64,000 nt of DNA from Candidatus Micrarchaeota archaeon (lineage in GTDB: Archaea; Micrarchaeota; Micrarchaeia; Anstonellales; Bilamarchaeaceae): assembly GCA_043812915.1 (NCBI GenBank), contig JBDRLQ010000003.1, forward strand, positions 61,870 to 125,869. The letters run 5' to 3'. Position numbers and translations under genes: made by a program. Shown one piece after another: positions 29,228 to 42,600 of the stretch (positions are counted from its first letter, which is position 1; each line of letters starts with the position of its first letter). The notes beneath the pieces were generated by a model that was not told the DNA's origin, ran no database searches, and saw nothing but the letters and a program-made list of their open reading frames with translations.

Positions 29228-29320
29228 GAGAAAAAGGCCAGCGCATCGCTGCGCTGGCAAGGCGACCAGTTATCCTCCCATGCACTAAAAAAGAGCGTGA
29301 GGATTGTAGATGGGTAACAA
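29228..29320 (-). ncRNA. possible small structured RNA or leader upstream of rtcA
   Basis: Minus-strand TTTATATA near 29325-29335; perfect 9-bp hairpin GCCAGCGCA-GCGA-TGCGCTGGC followed by a T-tract. Confidence 0.3.
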
Positions 29321-29502
29321 CTACTATATAAAGCTTTGTGCGATTGTGGCAATTTTTAGTTTTTAATGTTGTTTTCCTCGGATATTTCCAACACTTTGTG
29401 TGAATTCACATACTTTTTTTGTAATTTTATTGTCACTTTGGGTGTTTCTGTGATTCTAGCCCTTGCGATAACTATTTAACCTCATTTTGTTATCAATACT
29501 TT

Positions 29503-30168
29503 ATGGTCGGGAACAAGGGGAGCAAAAAACCCGTTGTGGTCAGTCTTGCTGAGCGCAGGGATGCTGCAAAGGCGGTTCCGTCGCAAGGCAGGAGGCGCGC
29601 AATCGGCGGCCTCCTTTCAGCAGAAGCTGGGGATGTGCCTCTGGGCGCAAGGGATGCCACAGTATACTCATTCAATACCGGAAAAGTAGTGCCGCCAAAC
29701 AAGGGCAAATCTGGAAATTCCTACCCGTTTGCCGCCAGTTCAGGCATGTGCGCCGATCTTTTGTCCGAGGCCGTTTCGCACGTTGGCGAGAGGCTGACGA
29801 AGTTGCTGGCAGTCCCCCAAGAAATCTACATACGCCAGCAGCAGCCCCCACTCATATCAAATGAGATGGTCCGGGATGCCGCAACAGTCGCAATCTGGCT
29901 GGTGCATGGGGGCGCCATTCCATCCAAATTCCCCTCCTATGGCATCGTTGTTAACTCCCGAGGGGAAAACCAGTTCTGCACCCTTGTGGACATGCGGCGA
30001 AAGATTATTGCCTGTGCGTGTGTTAGGACCATGCAGGGCGGCCAAGGCCACTGGGATGAATTCGAGACCGCGATAATGCGTGCAGTAACCCTTGCCAGGA
30101 AACACCAGCAGGACGGGCGCGATTTCAATTTCGTTCTGGCTAAGGATAGCTCTCTCAGGACCTACTAA
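29503..30168 (+). CDS. hypothetical protein (orphan)
   Basis: 221-codon ORF; AT-rich promoter region upstream. Confidence 0.65.
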   Translation: MVGNKGSKKPVVVSLAERRDAAKAVPSQGRRRAIGGLLSAEAGDVPLGARDATVYSFNTGKVVPPNKGKSGNSYPFAASSGMCADLLSEAVSHVGERLTKLLAVPQEIYIRQQQPPLISNEMVRDAATVAIWLVHGGAIPSKFPSYGIVVNSRGENQFCTLVDMRRKIIACACVRTMQGGQGHWDEFETAIMRAVTLARKHQQDGRDFNFVLAKDSSLRTY

Positions 30169-30208
30169 TTGTGGTTATTTTTTAATGTTTGCGATACATT
30201 ATACACCC

Positions 30209-30655
30209 ATGAAGTGCAAGGAGGGTTTAGGCGTTGGCATTTCCAGGAGCTCCGTCGTCCATATATCAAGGGCCCGGAGGCCGCGAAATGGCACCGAGCC
30301 GAAAATCGAACCTCCAATGGACGTTCCGCAGATGCGCACAGAGCTAGGAGAACATAAAAGGGCTGTGATGGTCGATGCGCACATAGGAGCGCTAATCGAG
30401 GCTGGCGACCCTGGGGGCTGGGTTCTCCGGAAAGTGAACTTTGTCCTTCAGAATGCCGATACTTATTTTACCGACCCTGATGCCCTGGAGCATCTGATTA
30501 GGTTCATGGTCGAGAGGGTCCGGGATTATGGGGCCCATGAGGGCGTGCCTCTGCTAATTATAGCTCATCGGTCTTTCGGGCACCTTGGGCAGGTACGAGA
30601 CTCTTTGAATGAGGCTATCAGCCGCCTTGGAATAGAAGATTTCAGGGATGGCTGA
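30209..30655 (+). CDS. hypothetical protein (orphan, helical)
   Basis: TTTTTAA box about 30 nt upstream of ATG 30209; convergent with the giant gene. Confidence 0.6.
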   Translation: MKCKEGLGVGISRSSVVHISRARRPRNGTEPKIEPPMDVPQMRTELGEHKRAVMVDAHIGALIEAGDPGGWVLRKVNFVLQNADTYFTDPDALEHLIRFMVERVRDYGAHEGVPLLIIAHRSFGHLGQVRDSLNEAISRLGIEDFRDG

Positions 30656-30658
30656 CCT

Positions 30659-33600
30659 CTATTCTTCACCAAAGAAGCGGGTTCCCATCCCGGTATCCAG
30701 GCCGCCGGTTCCTCCGTCGCCTCCGGTTCTTCCGCTTGCAAGGAATTCCTCGAGCGAGATGGCCCTGCTACCGGCGGGGAACAACTCCTGGAAGCCCACT
30801 CCCCTCTCAACGTTTCCACGGCCCGTAATCTGCAGATAGAATCTCTCAATCATATTCTCAAGCCTACCAACCCTCTCGGCAATTGCCTCAGGGCTGTCCG
30901 GGGCAACGCTTCTCCTAAGTAGCCCTCGCCTCTGGATTTCCGGCCGCGGCCCGAATGCGCTAAGGACGTGCTGGAATCCTCCCCTCCATGTCGCCCCTGC
31001 CTCTCGCGAGCCCTCCTCCAGATAAGCATAGACCTCTGAGAGCGGCCTTCCGGATTCAATCATGCTTATCATCTCCCTTGCGATTGCTGTTGCTTCAGTA
31101 TACTGCATATAGCCCGGGTTTCCGTGCGTGGCAATTGCCATGCCGATGAATCCGCTTGCATCATCAACCAGGTGCTGCAGCTCGTGATTGTACTTGCGCT
31201 GCATATGGGATTCGTGCGGCTCTCCGCTCGACCTTGGCCTGGATCTTGGGCTCCTGAGCACAATCATGCCGGAGTGCGATGAGAAAAAACCCCCAACGTC
31301 CTGGCGCAGTACGCTCGGCTCCCCTGGCAATGGGCTGACAAAAATGCCATTGACTCTCTGGCTCTCGCCAGCGCTCATCTCGTGCGATATTCTGTAGATT
31401 GCCATCCGCCCATCGAACTCTATCAAAGCCAGGCCGTGCCTTCCGAGCATCTCGTTTATTGCAGCAACCGCCCTCCCCCGTGATTCGGATTGGCTTGCCA
31501 TGGCAAGAAGGCGATTGCGGCTCTGTTCGATGGAACCTCCAAACATCTCATCCGGCATGGAATTGAGGATGGCGGTCACCATCTCACGCCTGGAGTCTCC
31601 TCCGGTACTTTCTCTAATAGGTCTTATTGCCCCAAGCAGCCTGTCTGCCAGTGCCTGGTCCAAAGTGCCTGAATACTCCCTTATCCTCACCTCGCCGCCA
31701 GGCCGCAGAAGCCTCCTGGATAGCTCTGAAATAACAATCGGATTGCCATGACCCAGCAAGACATTGTTCAGGTACTCGACCCTTCTCCTTGCGACAACCG
31801 GATGGTGCGCCGTTACCTGCCCTTCATGGGAGCCGAGCATGGCCCAGCTAGCAAAATGCTCGACAGCGCGGGTGAGTACGCTTATTCTCTGAATCCTCTC
31901 GAGTGGAGGCATATGCCGATCATTTCTGATTCTCTCAAGCTCATCTACAAACATACGATTGAATGTCCTGCGCGCCAGTTCCCCATCCTGGTATCCAGTG
32001 AAAACGCGCCCTATCGTCTCATCAACATTCCGGAGCACCTGCATGTCCGCCTGGAGCGTGGCAAGCTGCTCCGGGTCAATGTATCCTCGTTGGACATCAT
32101 GGTACACCCGGTCATAGAGCTGCCTTGCCAGAGGGCTGCTCTCAGGAGGCCTCTCCAAAGGAATCCTTGTTAGTGCCTCTTGCCTGAGTTTCCCAACCCT
32201 CCTGGAAATCAGTGTTCTCTCTGCATCCAGCCTTCCTTCCTGGGCATATAACCTTGCCCTGGCCTCAGGGTCGGTCTCCATGCGCCGCTCCCGTTCCAGC
32301 CCTATAACCTCCTGCATCAGCGCATCTGCCCTTGACTGGAGCTCATTAGCGCTTCCATCTGGCATGCGGAATGTGCCGTCATTCTGCAGGGCGGCAATCT
32401 CAAGCTCATTTGCCCCATGCCTCAGCTCCCCTTCTCTTGCCATTGCGATATTTAGCGCAAGCGCATCATCCATACTGACTCCGTTAATTGCATCATCAGC
32501 CTCTCCCCTTAGCTGCGCTGCAGCTTCCCTCATCGCCTCGCCAATCAGGAGCGCCTCAGCCCTCCTCTGGGCGTTTCCACGTATCCTACTTGCGCTCTGA
32601 TCCTCATGGATAGGGGCGGGGAAGCGCATCTCCCTTCTTTCCTGCTCATGCAGCTCCTCAAGCCTGGCGACCATCCTGTCCCTGTACTCCTGAGCGCCCT
32701 CCCCTTCCGCGCGCCTTATCCTCGAGACCACTTCAGGGTCCTGGCGCATAAGGGAAATCTCTGCCTGCAATCCCTGCTCAGCAAGAGAACGCATCTGCGC
32801 ACTCAACCCTGCATCCTGGTATACCCCCAGGCCATGCTCAAGGAAAAGCGCGCCTGCCCTGCGATGAATCCCGTCGGCGTCTTGCCTTGGGGAATGAGTA
32901 TCAACCCTGAGGGCCGGCTCCTCTGGAGCTGGTGCGGCAGCCCGCCTGCCATCAAGGACCTCGCGCATGAGCCGGAGCTGCACCCTTCCTTCGGCCCGTT
33001 GCCTGATTGCATGCATCCTATCTGAGTGTGAGCCGCTCCTTACATGCTCGGGGTCGTGCCATCTTGTAACTGCCCTCTCGACAGCCCCCTTCCTCTGCTC
33101 AAGGCCGGGGTCTTCCCTCAGCCCCCGCATGTACTCTTCATCTGAGCGGAAATTCCGGAGCTCGATTTCCTCAATCAGACGTTCTGTTTCCATAAGAAGC
33201 CGGTTGTACTCGTCGCTATTGATGCGGCCTGCCCCGGCCAGCTCCTCAAGCTGCGATACATTTCCGGCAATCTCCCGCTGGATAACCCGGGGGGTTCTGG
33301 CTGCACCGCCAGCCTCTTCCACAGGAGCTCTAGTCCTCGCTTCAATTGCCAAGTCCCTCAGATACTGCGCTTCGGCGCTGCGCTGGCCTGCGATGTTCGC
33401 CCGCTCGGCAGGGCTCATCTCAATCATGCCGGGCCGGGGGTTCATCATCTGCTCTGCCAGCTGCTGCCTCTGCTGCGCAAAAGCTTCAAGCTGCTCCGGC
33501 TCAGCGCTGCGGAGCCTCCTCACCAGTTCCTCGGCCGGAGCGTCCTGGCCAGCCTGAAGGAGCTGGCGCGCAAGCTCTGCCGGCTCCTGTATAATCGCCT

Positions 33601-36600
33601 GCAAGTCAAGGGCTTCAGCCTCTCGCATCAGGCGGCCGAACCTTTCATTGGCGGCGCGGACATCGTCCATGCTGCTCAATCCGCTCTCATACATCCTGTA
33701 GGCCTCGGTGCGGAGCCGTCCTGCCTCGGCCTGCAGCTCGGCTGCGGTGCCCTGGCTGATTCTGGCTTCAGAAACCGGAGGGGTAGCCTGCTCTGGCGAT
33801 CCCCGATTCCGCTGCTCATAATTTTGGAGGAATGTATCAACGCTGAAGGCCTGCATTATCTCCGGCGAAACATCCCTTCCCTGGGCATCTGCCCTCTGAC
33901 GCTCGACCTGGAGCCTTCCCCTAGCCGCGCGCATCTCGCTGTAGAAATGTCCGAAAGCGGCAGCGACTTCAGGCGTCATGAAATCCGCGTTGTCTGCTAA
34001 TGCCTGCCTGGCTTCCTCTCTTTCAGTGTCATTGCCGAACGCCATCCGGTGGGCGATATCCGCGACATCCTCAAGGGTGACAACCAGCACCTCGTCAACC
34101 TGGGGCGACCCCTGCCTGGCCGAATCGATGCTTCCGCCCATACGGTCTGCGACCATGAGCATGCGGTCAGGGTTGCCGCTGAATTCGCTGCCAGGTGTTA
34201 TCATATACATAACCGCATCCTGCATGTCTCGGCCCATCCCATTGAACCTTGCCCGGCCGCTTGCCCTTACAGTATCATCGTTTGAAAGTAGCTCTGTTGC
34301 TGCCAGGTAGAGCTCCCTGGCAGTAACGCTGAGCTCCTCGGATCTCTGCGGCGCGCTCTCCTCGAGGGCCTGCCTTGCGGCAGCTGCGCGCTCAGCGTCA
34401 GTTGGGACCCTGTCCCTTGGAAGCAGCTCATCCATGCGGGCGAACCTGCGCCCCCTGGGGCTATCATCCCGGCCTCCCCTGTCAAGGGGTGTGTATTCGG
34501 TAGCCAGATTCCCGACAATGTTTGGCGGGATTGCGCGCTCGCCCATCATCGCATAAAATTGCGGTGAGTGCCCGAAAGCCCTGGCGCCTTCGAACTGCCC
34601 TGGAATCAGCTGACCGACAGCCTCAGCGTGCCCGCCACCCGCTGCTGCAAGGGGCATCTGCTGCACTGCAGGCTGCATCTCAGGAAGCCGGGGGATGGTC
34701 TCATGGGCGCGTGATACTAAATCCCGCAAACTTGCCCTGGCCCTTGCATCTCCGATTTGTGCTACTCCTCCTCTTCTGCGGGGGCTCTGCCTGACTGCGG
34801 CTTCAATTGCGTCTGAATCATGGGACTGGGCGAAAGAAGCGAAATCTCTATTGCGAACAAGCATAGTTACTGCATCCTGAACTGCGGGTGGAAGCGATTC
34901 GACAGTTGCATCTCCGCGCGCGACTTCCCATGCGTACCTTGCAAGGGAGACCTGCGCTTCTGTCGCATCAGGATTGAGTATTCCCGCCTGCTGCGCGGCT
35001 TCTATCTGCGGCGGCATTGGAATCTCGGTTGGAGCTTCCCTCCTTGCAGGCGCTCTTGATATCGGTGTCGGGGGCCTTATTGTTCTCTCAGGCGCAGGCT
35101 CTGGCGCTGGGGTGGGGCTGCCCCGTTCATGCGCGGCTACCAGATTCCCCAGTTGCTCTGCGGAACTGTTCACCCCTCGCATAACGAACCTTCCCAGGTG
35201 GGAATCAGGATCTCCTGAAAAAACAGCCCTTGAGAACGGCGTGTTCGTCTCAACGGTACCATCACTTCTAATTTCAATCTCCCCGACCAGCCTCTCCACT
35301 TCCCTCCTTATCGGGTCTGCCAGGTTCATGCCATCGAGCGCGGCAAGGGCTCCTGTGCCCTCCCCTTCGAGCTGGCCAGCCCTTGCAAGAGCGACTTCCC
35401 TAGCGAAATTAGCCAGCTCGGTTGGATTTGTGAGGTTCCTGTCAGTGACAACTGTGGTGCTGGCATCTGTTGTGCCTATCGATAATGGCCTGGTGACTTC
35501 TCCTCGGTCCGCTGCCGGAGTCTCAAGAACCGGCTCGGGGGCAGGCCTTGGCTCTCCGCCTCCAGGCCCTCCGCCATCGGGTGGCGGGCGCCTCCTTGCG
35601 AGCGTCTCTGCAACATCAATGATTGTTTCAGCTTCGTTTGCCTCGCTGCCGCCTCGGCGCATCCTCTCTTCGATTGTGCCAAGGTGAGGCGATAGGCTCT
35701 CATCGAACCCTTCCTGCCGGTATCTTCCCTGGAGGAGCTGCCTGGCAATCTCCGCAACCGGGGCGTCTATCGCCTCATCCGCAATTAGCGAATTGAGTTC
35801 ATCGGAAGATTGCCTGAATAGGTGGTCATTGATTTCTGAGGCTGCCCTTCCAACCGCAGCTTCATCAAAGTCCGGAGTCCCTCCTGATGTCAACTCCTCG
35901 ACATGCTGCCTCACAATGTCGTTTGGCGGCAGCGATTCCAGCTCCTGCCTCGCCCCAGTTCCTTGCGTATCAAGCAGCACGCTTCTTGCGAATTCTCCGA
36001 GGCCCCCATCGCTGTTCAGCCTCCTGCTCCGCGCAAGCTGGGAGCCCCCGCTCTCTTCTCCAGCAATTACGGGGGCGGGTGTCTCATCCACAAGATCGAA
36101 TGCGAAGTCAAAATCATCGCCACTATCCGCAGCGAGGCGGTCAATTCCTGGCTCCTGCTCTGGCTGAATTGGCCTTCTCCCATAGTTCTCCTCTAGTACT
36201 CTATTGAATAAGTCGGAATGCAATCTAACCCGTCCATCCCTCCTTGAAATCGGCGTGTCCATGCCGGCAAAGGCTATCGGATGCCCTATTGATGGCTGAC
36301 CCGGATCCGAGGTATCAAGCCCGGCCCCGATGAAGGCATCCTGCCCCCGGTTTCTTTCACCTTCCACGTATCCGGACACAATTTCCTGGGCTGCCCGAAG
36401 CCTTTCATCTTCTAATGGTATGGCGTCTGCTGCCGCTCTTGCCTCATCGCTGTTCAGCCCTCTTAGTATCTCAGGGGCTGTCACTGCTTCATCCGGCGCT
36501 GAGAATGCACTTTGGTCCCTGGCAAGGCGGAGCGCCCTTGAGAAGCGGTCAGCAAAATCTTCGGTAACGCTGAAGAACTCCTCATCAAATCCGCGGTAGT

Positions 36601-39600
36601 CCGTTCCTTCTGGGCCCCTCCCAATCCTGGCAGCCACAAGGTCCAGGTCAATTGGCTGGAATGTCAACACTAACTGTCCGTCCACTTCAAGGAATGCTAC
36701 CACAGTATTTCTTGGATACCGATCAAGAAGCAGCGCCCTTCTTGATAGCTCGATGTAAGTATCCCAGGCTTCATAAACTTGCTGCCTTCCTTCGGGCGTT
36801 TGCATAAGGCCAATCAGCTGGCTCATGGCAGGGTTGCTCTCATGCTCTGACATCCACCTATCAAGGGATCTCTGGTATTCGGCCATGTCCTGCCTGTAAG
36901 CTTCATGGGATTCGGGAGTGGCATCATCTGCAGGGCGCCTTGGCGGTTCAGGTATGCTCAGGACATCATCCAAAAGTGCAACGCTCTCCACCCTGGCCCG
37001 CTCAACAAAGCCTCTTCCTGGAATTGCCACATCCCTGACTTCCGTTCCCACCAGTGAGCGGAAATCATCCGAGAAGCTGATTGGCTGGAGCACTGGCTCT
37101 CCATCAACCCTTACTCCTGAATCATAATGTTGGACCTGGTGGATGTCAGAGCTTATCATGCCTTGGCTTCTTGATAGGCCAAGCCCAAGAACCGCTGCCG
37201 AGGAATCCTCCATCTTCAGGAACAGGTTTCTTGAAGTCCCATCTGGCATATCGAGCCTCAGCCTGAAGATGCCTGAGATGCCCCCGAGCCGGTCTACCCC
37301 AGATATTCTTGCGCCATCATAACCGTCCAGGGCAGAGACCCTGTCCTGGACTCTGCCTCTGAAAACCAGGTCATAAACTGTTCCTGCCCTTGCCTCTATT
37401 GCCTGCATCCGCGCCATTCTTAGTGCAATCTTTTCCCTAAGACCTGCAAGGACATGTACTCTTAGTTCGGTGGGGGTCGTTACACGCGTGTCCGGTCTTA
37501 TATGGAACACATGCTCGTATTCCCGGGCAAGAGCAGCGACTGCCTCCGGCTCTGTGGTTGCCGCCAGCCTGTCGACTGCGCGCTGCAGGATGTCTATCTC
37601 CGCTGGCAATTCCTGGTGCCTTCTTGCCTCGCCCACTTCTATTCCAAGCTCTTCAAGTGCACCGATGCGGGCCTGGAAAAGACGCTCATTCGCGCTCCTG
37701 CCGCTGATGAATGCATGACGGATATTGCCTTCGGATACCCCCCTCAATTCAGTACCCGTATCTCTTAGCGCGGCAATCGCTGCCTCTGGAAGCTCGGCGC
37801 CCCCTTCCAGCTCGCGCAAAAGGCTCCTTGAAAATCTGTCCCTGTCAACAGAAACGCCCAGCCCCTCAAGCTCTCTCACAACGCCGTCAACCAACCCCCT
37901 GTTGTATGCTTGTGCAACATCAGTTCCGGTTTCCTCCCTGAACTGCTGCATCGCTTCCATTTCGCTTCCTGTTATCTCGGGGATTGTTCTTGCACTTATT
38001 ACTGCTTCTTCTGCAGCAACAGCTCGCGCGTCTCCCTGCGCAAGCCCCCAGTCATTTACCATCCTGTCCCTGATTTCCTGGGGCAGGCCAGGCTCACTAA
38101 GCCGGTGTACCATCTCATTGAGTTCAGGGGGCCCTGAACTTACCATCATCTGAAGCAGGCCCCCTTCGTTCTCTTCCATGTATCTGACAAGATTCCTCAA
38201 GCCGTCAGCTGTGGATGCCCAGTCCCGTGGCAGGCTCTCCATCGCGCCTTCAAACCTCTCTCCCCTGGCAAGTCTTTCCAGAATCATGACCTGCGCATCT
38301 GCCGGGAGCCGGCCGAATTCCTGCGTCATTGGGTGGTTGGCATCCTGCAATTCAGGCGACATGCTGACAATCCGCTCAAGGGCTCTTGCCCCTGGAAGCC
38401 CATCGTGAAGCGCCTGCTCAAGGACATCCCTCAGATTATTCCCATATAAATTCGCAAGCAGGCGCTCTCTCAATGCAGAAGAGAGCTCCTCCGGCGTGCC
38501 TGCAAGTGCTTCCCTCCTGGCAGGCGCTCCGGGCAATCTCCTATCCTCACCCACTGCTAGCGGGATTTCCTCTGCATCAGCATCGGATAGCGCCTGGTCA
38601 ACCGCCTGCCTTGCGCCATCCCCCCCGATTAATGCAGAAGGTCTTAACCTGGCTCTCTGGGCCGCGACAGTCAGCTCCGGATGCGTCAGGACTGCTGCCA
38701 GGATTTCAGCCTCGGAAGAATCTGCGGACAATCCTGCCCTCCTGACAACTGCCGCATCTAAATTGCCTTCCCTGATTGCCTCAACGGTATCCCTGATTCT
38801 TGCCAAATTTCCTTCGGTATATGCCCTCTCTCCAGTATCTGTGTGGAAAATTTCTCCATCCTCATTCGCGCGGAATCCTAGCGCTTCATAATTTCCATCC
38901 TCTAATATTGAGATTGCCTCATCAAGGTTCCCACTCCTGCGCAGAAGGTCTCCGGATGATACCTCTCCTGCTGGAAGGGCGCGTATCTGATCCATAAGCT
39001 CCGCACTCGCAGCTCTCAGTTCGTCAAGAGAAAGCAGGTGCATCTCCCTTCTTGCGGGCGCCGGGCCGCGCTCTTCCCTAACTTGCGGAGTCGGCATCCT
39101 GATTCTTCCGGTCCTTTCCCCTTCAGTAATTGGCGGCGGGGCTCTGTGAGGGCGTGTTCCATCCTCTTCTCTTTCGGGCCGTGGGGCCCTAATCCGTGCA
39201 GTTCCACCTCCATCCTGAGCCGGTCTTGGGGCTCTTGCCGGAACCGGCTCAATCACTTCCGGAGATGCGGGCGGCCTTGCCATCCGCTCTGGCCTTGGAG
39301 TTGGTCTCCTTATCCTTGCGGTTCCTCCGATATCAGCTTCCGGCTCGGGCGGCGCAATCGGCTGCTCGTCTGCCGCCAGTTGCGCAAGAGTCTCCAGGAC
39401 AATTTCCGGCGGCTCCGGAACCGGCTGGGCAACCGGCGCTTCGCGCCTTGGCGCTCCGGGTTCGATTGGATGCCTAACCCTTCTTGCAGCTTCTGCGGTG
39501 ACATGAATCCGGGCTTCCATATCATCCCGTATCCTGCCTATCCTCGCTCTTGCCGCCCTCCTGAAATCGAGCATTGTCGGTGACCTGCCGCCGGTAATCA

Positions 39601-42600
39601 TCCCAAGCGTCAGCATGTCCTGCCTGTAATCCTCGGGCATCTCTACTCTCCCCCTGTAGATATCGCGCATCTGCCTGGCAGTATCACGAACAGCCGCTTC
39701 TTCCCTTCCCCGTCTTGCAAGTTCTCTTCCTGCCCTGCCAACATATCTTTCGAGTGCCCTCACAACCCTCTGGGGCAGCGGCCCTTCGGCTATCGGAAGC
39801 TGTCCCTGGCCAATCCCAAGCGCCCTTGCGGCAAGCGCATCGCTAAGCCCGAGCTCCTCCGGAGTATAAAGAATCCTTCCCCCCTCCCCGGTCCGGGAGA
39901 GCATCCTTGCCGCAGCAAGTGCCCTTGCGTCATCTAGGGAGCTGCCGTACTGTTCCCGTATCGCCAGCGCCTCCACCTCAAGGCTGTCCCTGATCCGGTC
40001 TATCCTCCCCTCTGCGACCCTGCGCAAATCCTCTTCGGTTGGCCGCCTTCCGCTTCTTGCGATGTCCTCCAAAGCCTCGATTTCCTGCCGGAATTCAGAG
40101 GGAATTTCCCCCTGCCCGCGCCTGCGGTCCCTTTGGTATGCCTGGTATGCTTCGCGCAGCCTTCCAATGCTCAGAATGGCAACTTCCTCGCGCATCCTGG
40201 GAGCCGAGACATCTATCGGAACAGGCTCAATTGTGGCTGGTAGCGGCCCTTCGGCCTCGGCCATCGCCCTGATGTCCTGCGCTGCAGCAGCCCTTCTGAA
40301 ATCATCGCTGCCAAGGAGCATGGTCGCCCGGATTGCGACGTCCGCATCAATCCCAAGCTCCTCCGCAGTCGCTCCCCTTATCATGGCCTCGGCGGATGCC
40401 ATCGTCCGCGCCCTGTCGCTGTTCAGCCCGGTCTCCTGCATTATTGCATCCTGGCGCGCCCCCGTTCCAGCGCGCGTTCTTCTTACTCTTCCCCACGCGG
40501 CGATTTGAAGGTCCTCCTGGTTCGGAGCGATTCTTCCCCCTGCTCTCATCAGGGTCTGCAGAGCCCGCATATCCTGCTCGAAACCTTCGGGAACCACCCC
40601 GCTTGCATGGTAATCCTGAAGCCTCCCCTGGTTCAATTCAAGCGCCAGAGTATCATTCGTATCCATCTGCTCTGGCAGCCTTGCGGTTAGCGTTTCCAGG
40701 GTCTCATTTGCAATCCTGATCCTCCCGTCAGTATCCGCCTGGCTGAATTCAGGATTTGCCAGAAGGAATCTTGCGACCCTTTCGGTGTCCTCACGTATTC
40801 CCTGGAGTTCTGCGCTCTCTCCGCGCGAGAGGCCTTCTGCCGCCGCGATGAGCTGGGCCTCCGCATCTCCTGCGCCATCAGCCCGGAGCTCCGTCCTTCT
40901 CCTCATGGCCCGGAGGCGGATTCCTTCAGTCTGTGCGAACTCAGTTCTTGTTTGCTGCAAATCCCTGACGAGTACGATGTCAGCCCCTGTCAGCCCGAGC
41001 TGCGCAGTGTCCGCCCCCTCATTCAGCATGTCAATTGCCGCAACCGCGCGCGCTGCATCAGTCATCGCCTCAAGCCGTATCTGGTCTCCCTCCGCACTGC
41101 CAAATAATGTTCTTTGCGCCTCATCAATCGCCTCGGCCCTTATCTCCTGAAGCGTCCTATGCTCATCCCTTGTCGCTGCGAACTCCCTCTGCCCCTGCGG
41201 TCTTGCAAGGTCTCTATAAACCTCATACATGGCCTGGTTGTTTGCGAGGGTGGTTGGCTCTCTTGGCAATTGGTCTTCTGGAACGCCCCTTGCCCTTGCA
41301 TCCGCAATCTCCTGCATTCTTTGTGCTCTGAGTTCCTCGGCCCTGCTTCGGATCATTCCGATAAGGCGCTGTCGGACTGCCATGTCGGCCATCTCCTCAG
41401 CCCTTTCCCTCATCCTCAGCTCTGCGAGGGCATCCCCGACCATCAGCACTTCTGGGTCCGAACCTTCAATTCTTTCCCGGGTCCTTCGCATCAGTTCCAT
41501 GCGCCGCGGGGCAACCGTCTCAGAAACGGGTGTCGCTCCCTCAAGCCTTGCGGCAATGGCCGTTTCCGTTATATGGGGCGCGATTGTGCGCATTAACTGC
41601 GCATCGTCCATCTGGCGGAGGTGCTCCAGGGCCTGTTCCCGGGTCGCTATCCTGCCTTCGCTATTGTCAATTGTGCTTTGGATAATGGCGTCAAGCTCTG
41701 CCCGCGCCTGTATGTCCAGTTCTATCCCGCGCAGGAACTGTGGTGTCTCAGCGCCAATTGCCTCAGCAAGGTTCATCGCCCTTGTGGCATCCATCCTGGT
41801 CAATGTAATGTCCGGGGCACCTTCCATCCTCAAGATATAATGGACTCCATCATCCTCGGTTTCCATGCCATATCTCTGGGCAGTGCGCTCAATTGTGGGG
41901 GTGACTTCAGCCCGTACTGCTTCCCCTTCCCGGACTCCTATCCGATGCCCTCCCTCGTTTAGGGAACGGGTCAGTTCCGCAACGAGCCCTGGAAGCTCCG
42001 AAGGGTTCGCAGCGGCAATTCTTTCCCTGAGTCCTGGGGCATGCTGCTCCACAACCGGGTAGAGATGCGCAACCATCGGATTGGCAATGTCCTGGTCCAG
42101 GCCTGCCCTGAAAGAGCTCATGAGGCTCTCGATGGTGTTGAAGTCTGATTCACTAAACTCAATTCCCGCAAGGCGCTCATCCTGGTGGCTGAGCCGGAGC
42201 TGGCTATCATCATCAACGCGGAAACTGTTGAAGCCAAGATGCTCCCCTTCTTCAAGGAGATATCGCCCTTCTGTGCTAAGGTCCTCTCTTCGCGCCCTTG
42301 ATTCCTCGCCATCAGACGCCTGCATGAACGATTCAATGACATCATTGAGCGAGGATATCCTGCGCTCAAGCGACTCCGCCTGCATCATTAATGCTTCACT
42401 ATCCCCGCCTGCCCTTAGCGAGTTCACTTCGTCAAGGCGGCGCCGCAATCCCGCAACCGCGCGCCTTGCCCTTTCCCTGTGGCCATCCAGGATATCGGCA
42501 TCAAAGCGCAACCCTCTCTGGTCAGCGTCGGAATACCATTGCCCTAACCTTGCCAGAGCCGCTTCTTGGGAGGTTTCCATCCTCTCAATCCTTTGATCCA

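Noticed and set aside
30648-30839. 63-aa plus-strand ORF coupled to the 30209 gene
   Set aside because: Lies antisense within the giant gene's 3' end; Pro/Ser-rich shadow sequence.
31730-31830. HHPVVARRRVEYLNNVLLGHGNP resembling the end of a Fic domain
   Set aside because: Lacks the HPFxDGNGR core and the spacing is wrong; not supportable without a profile search.
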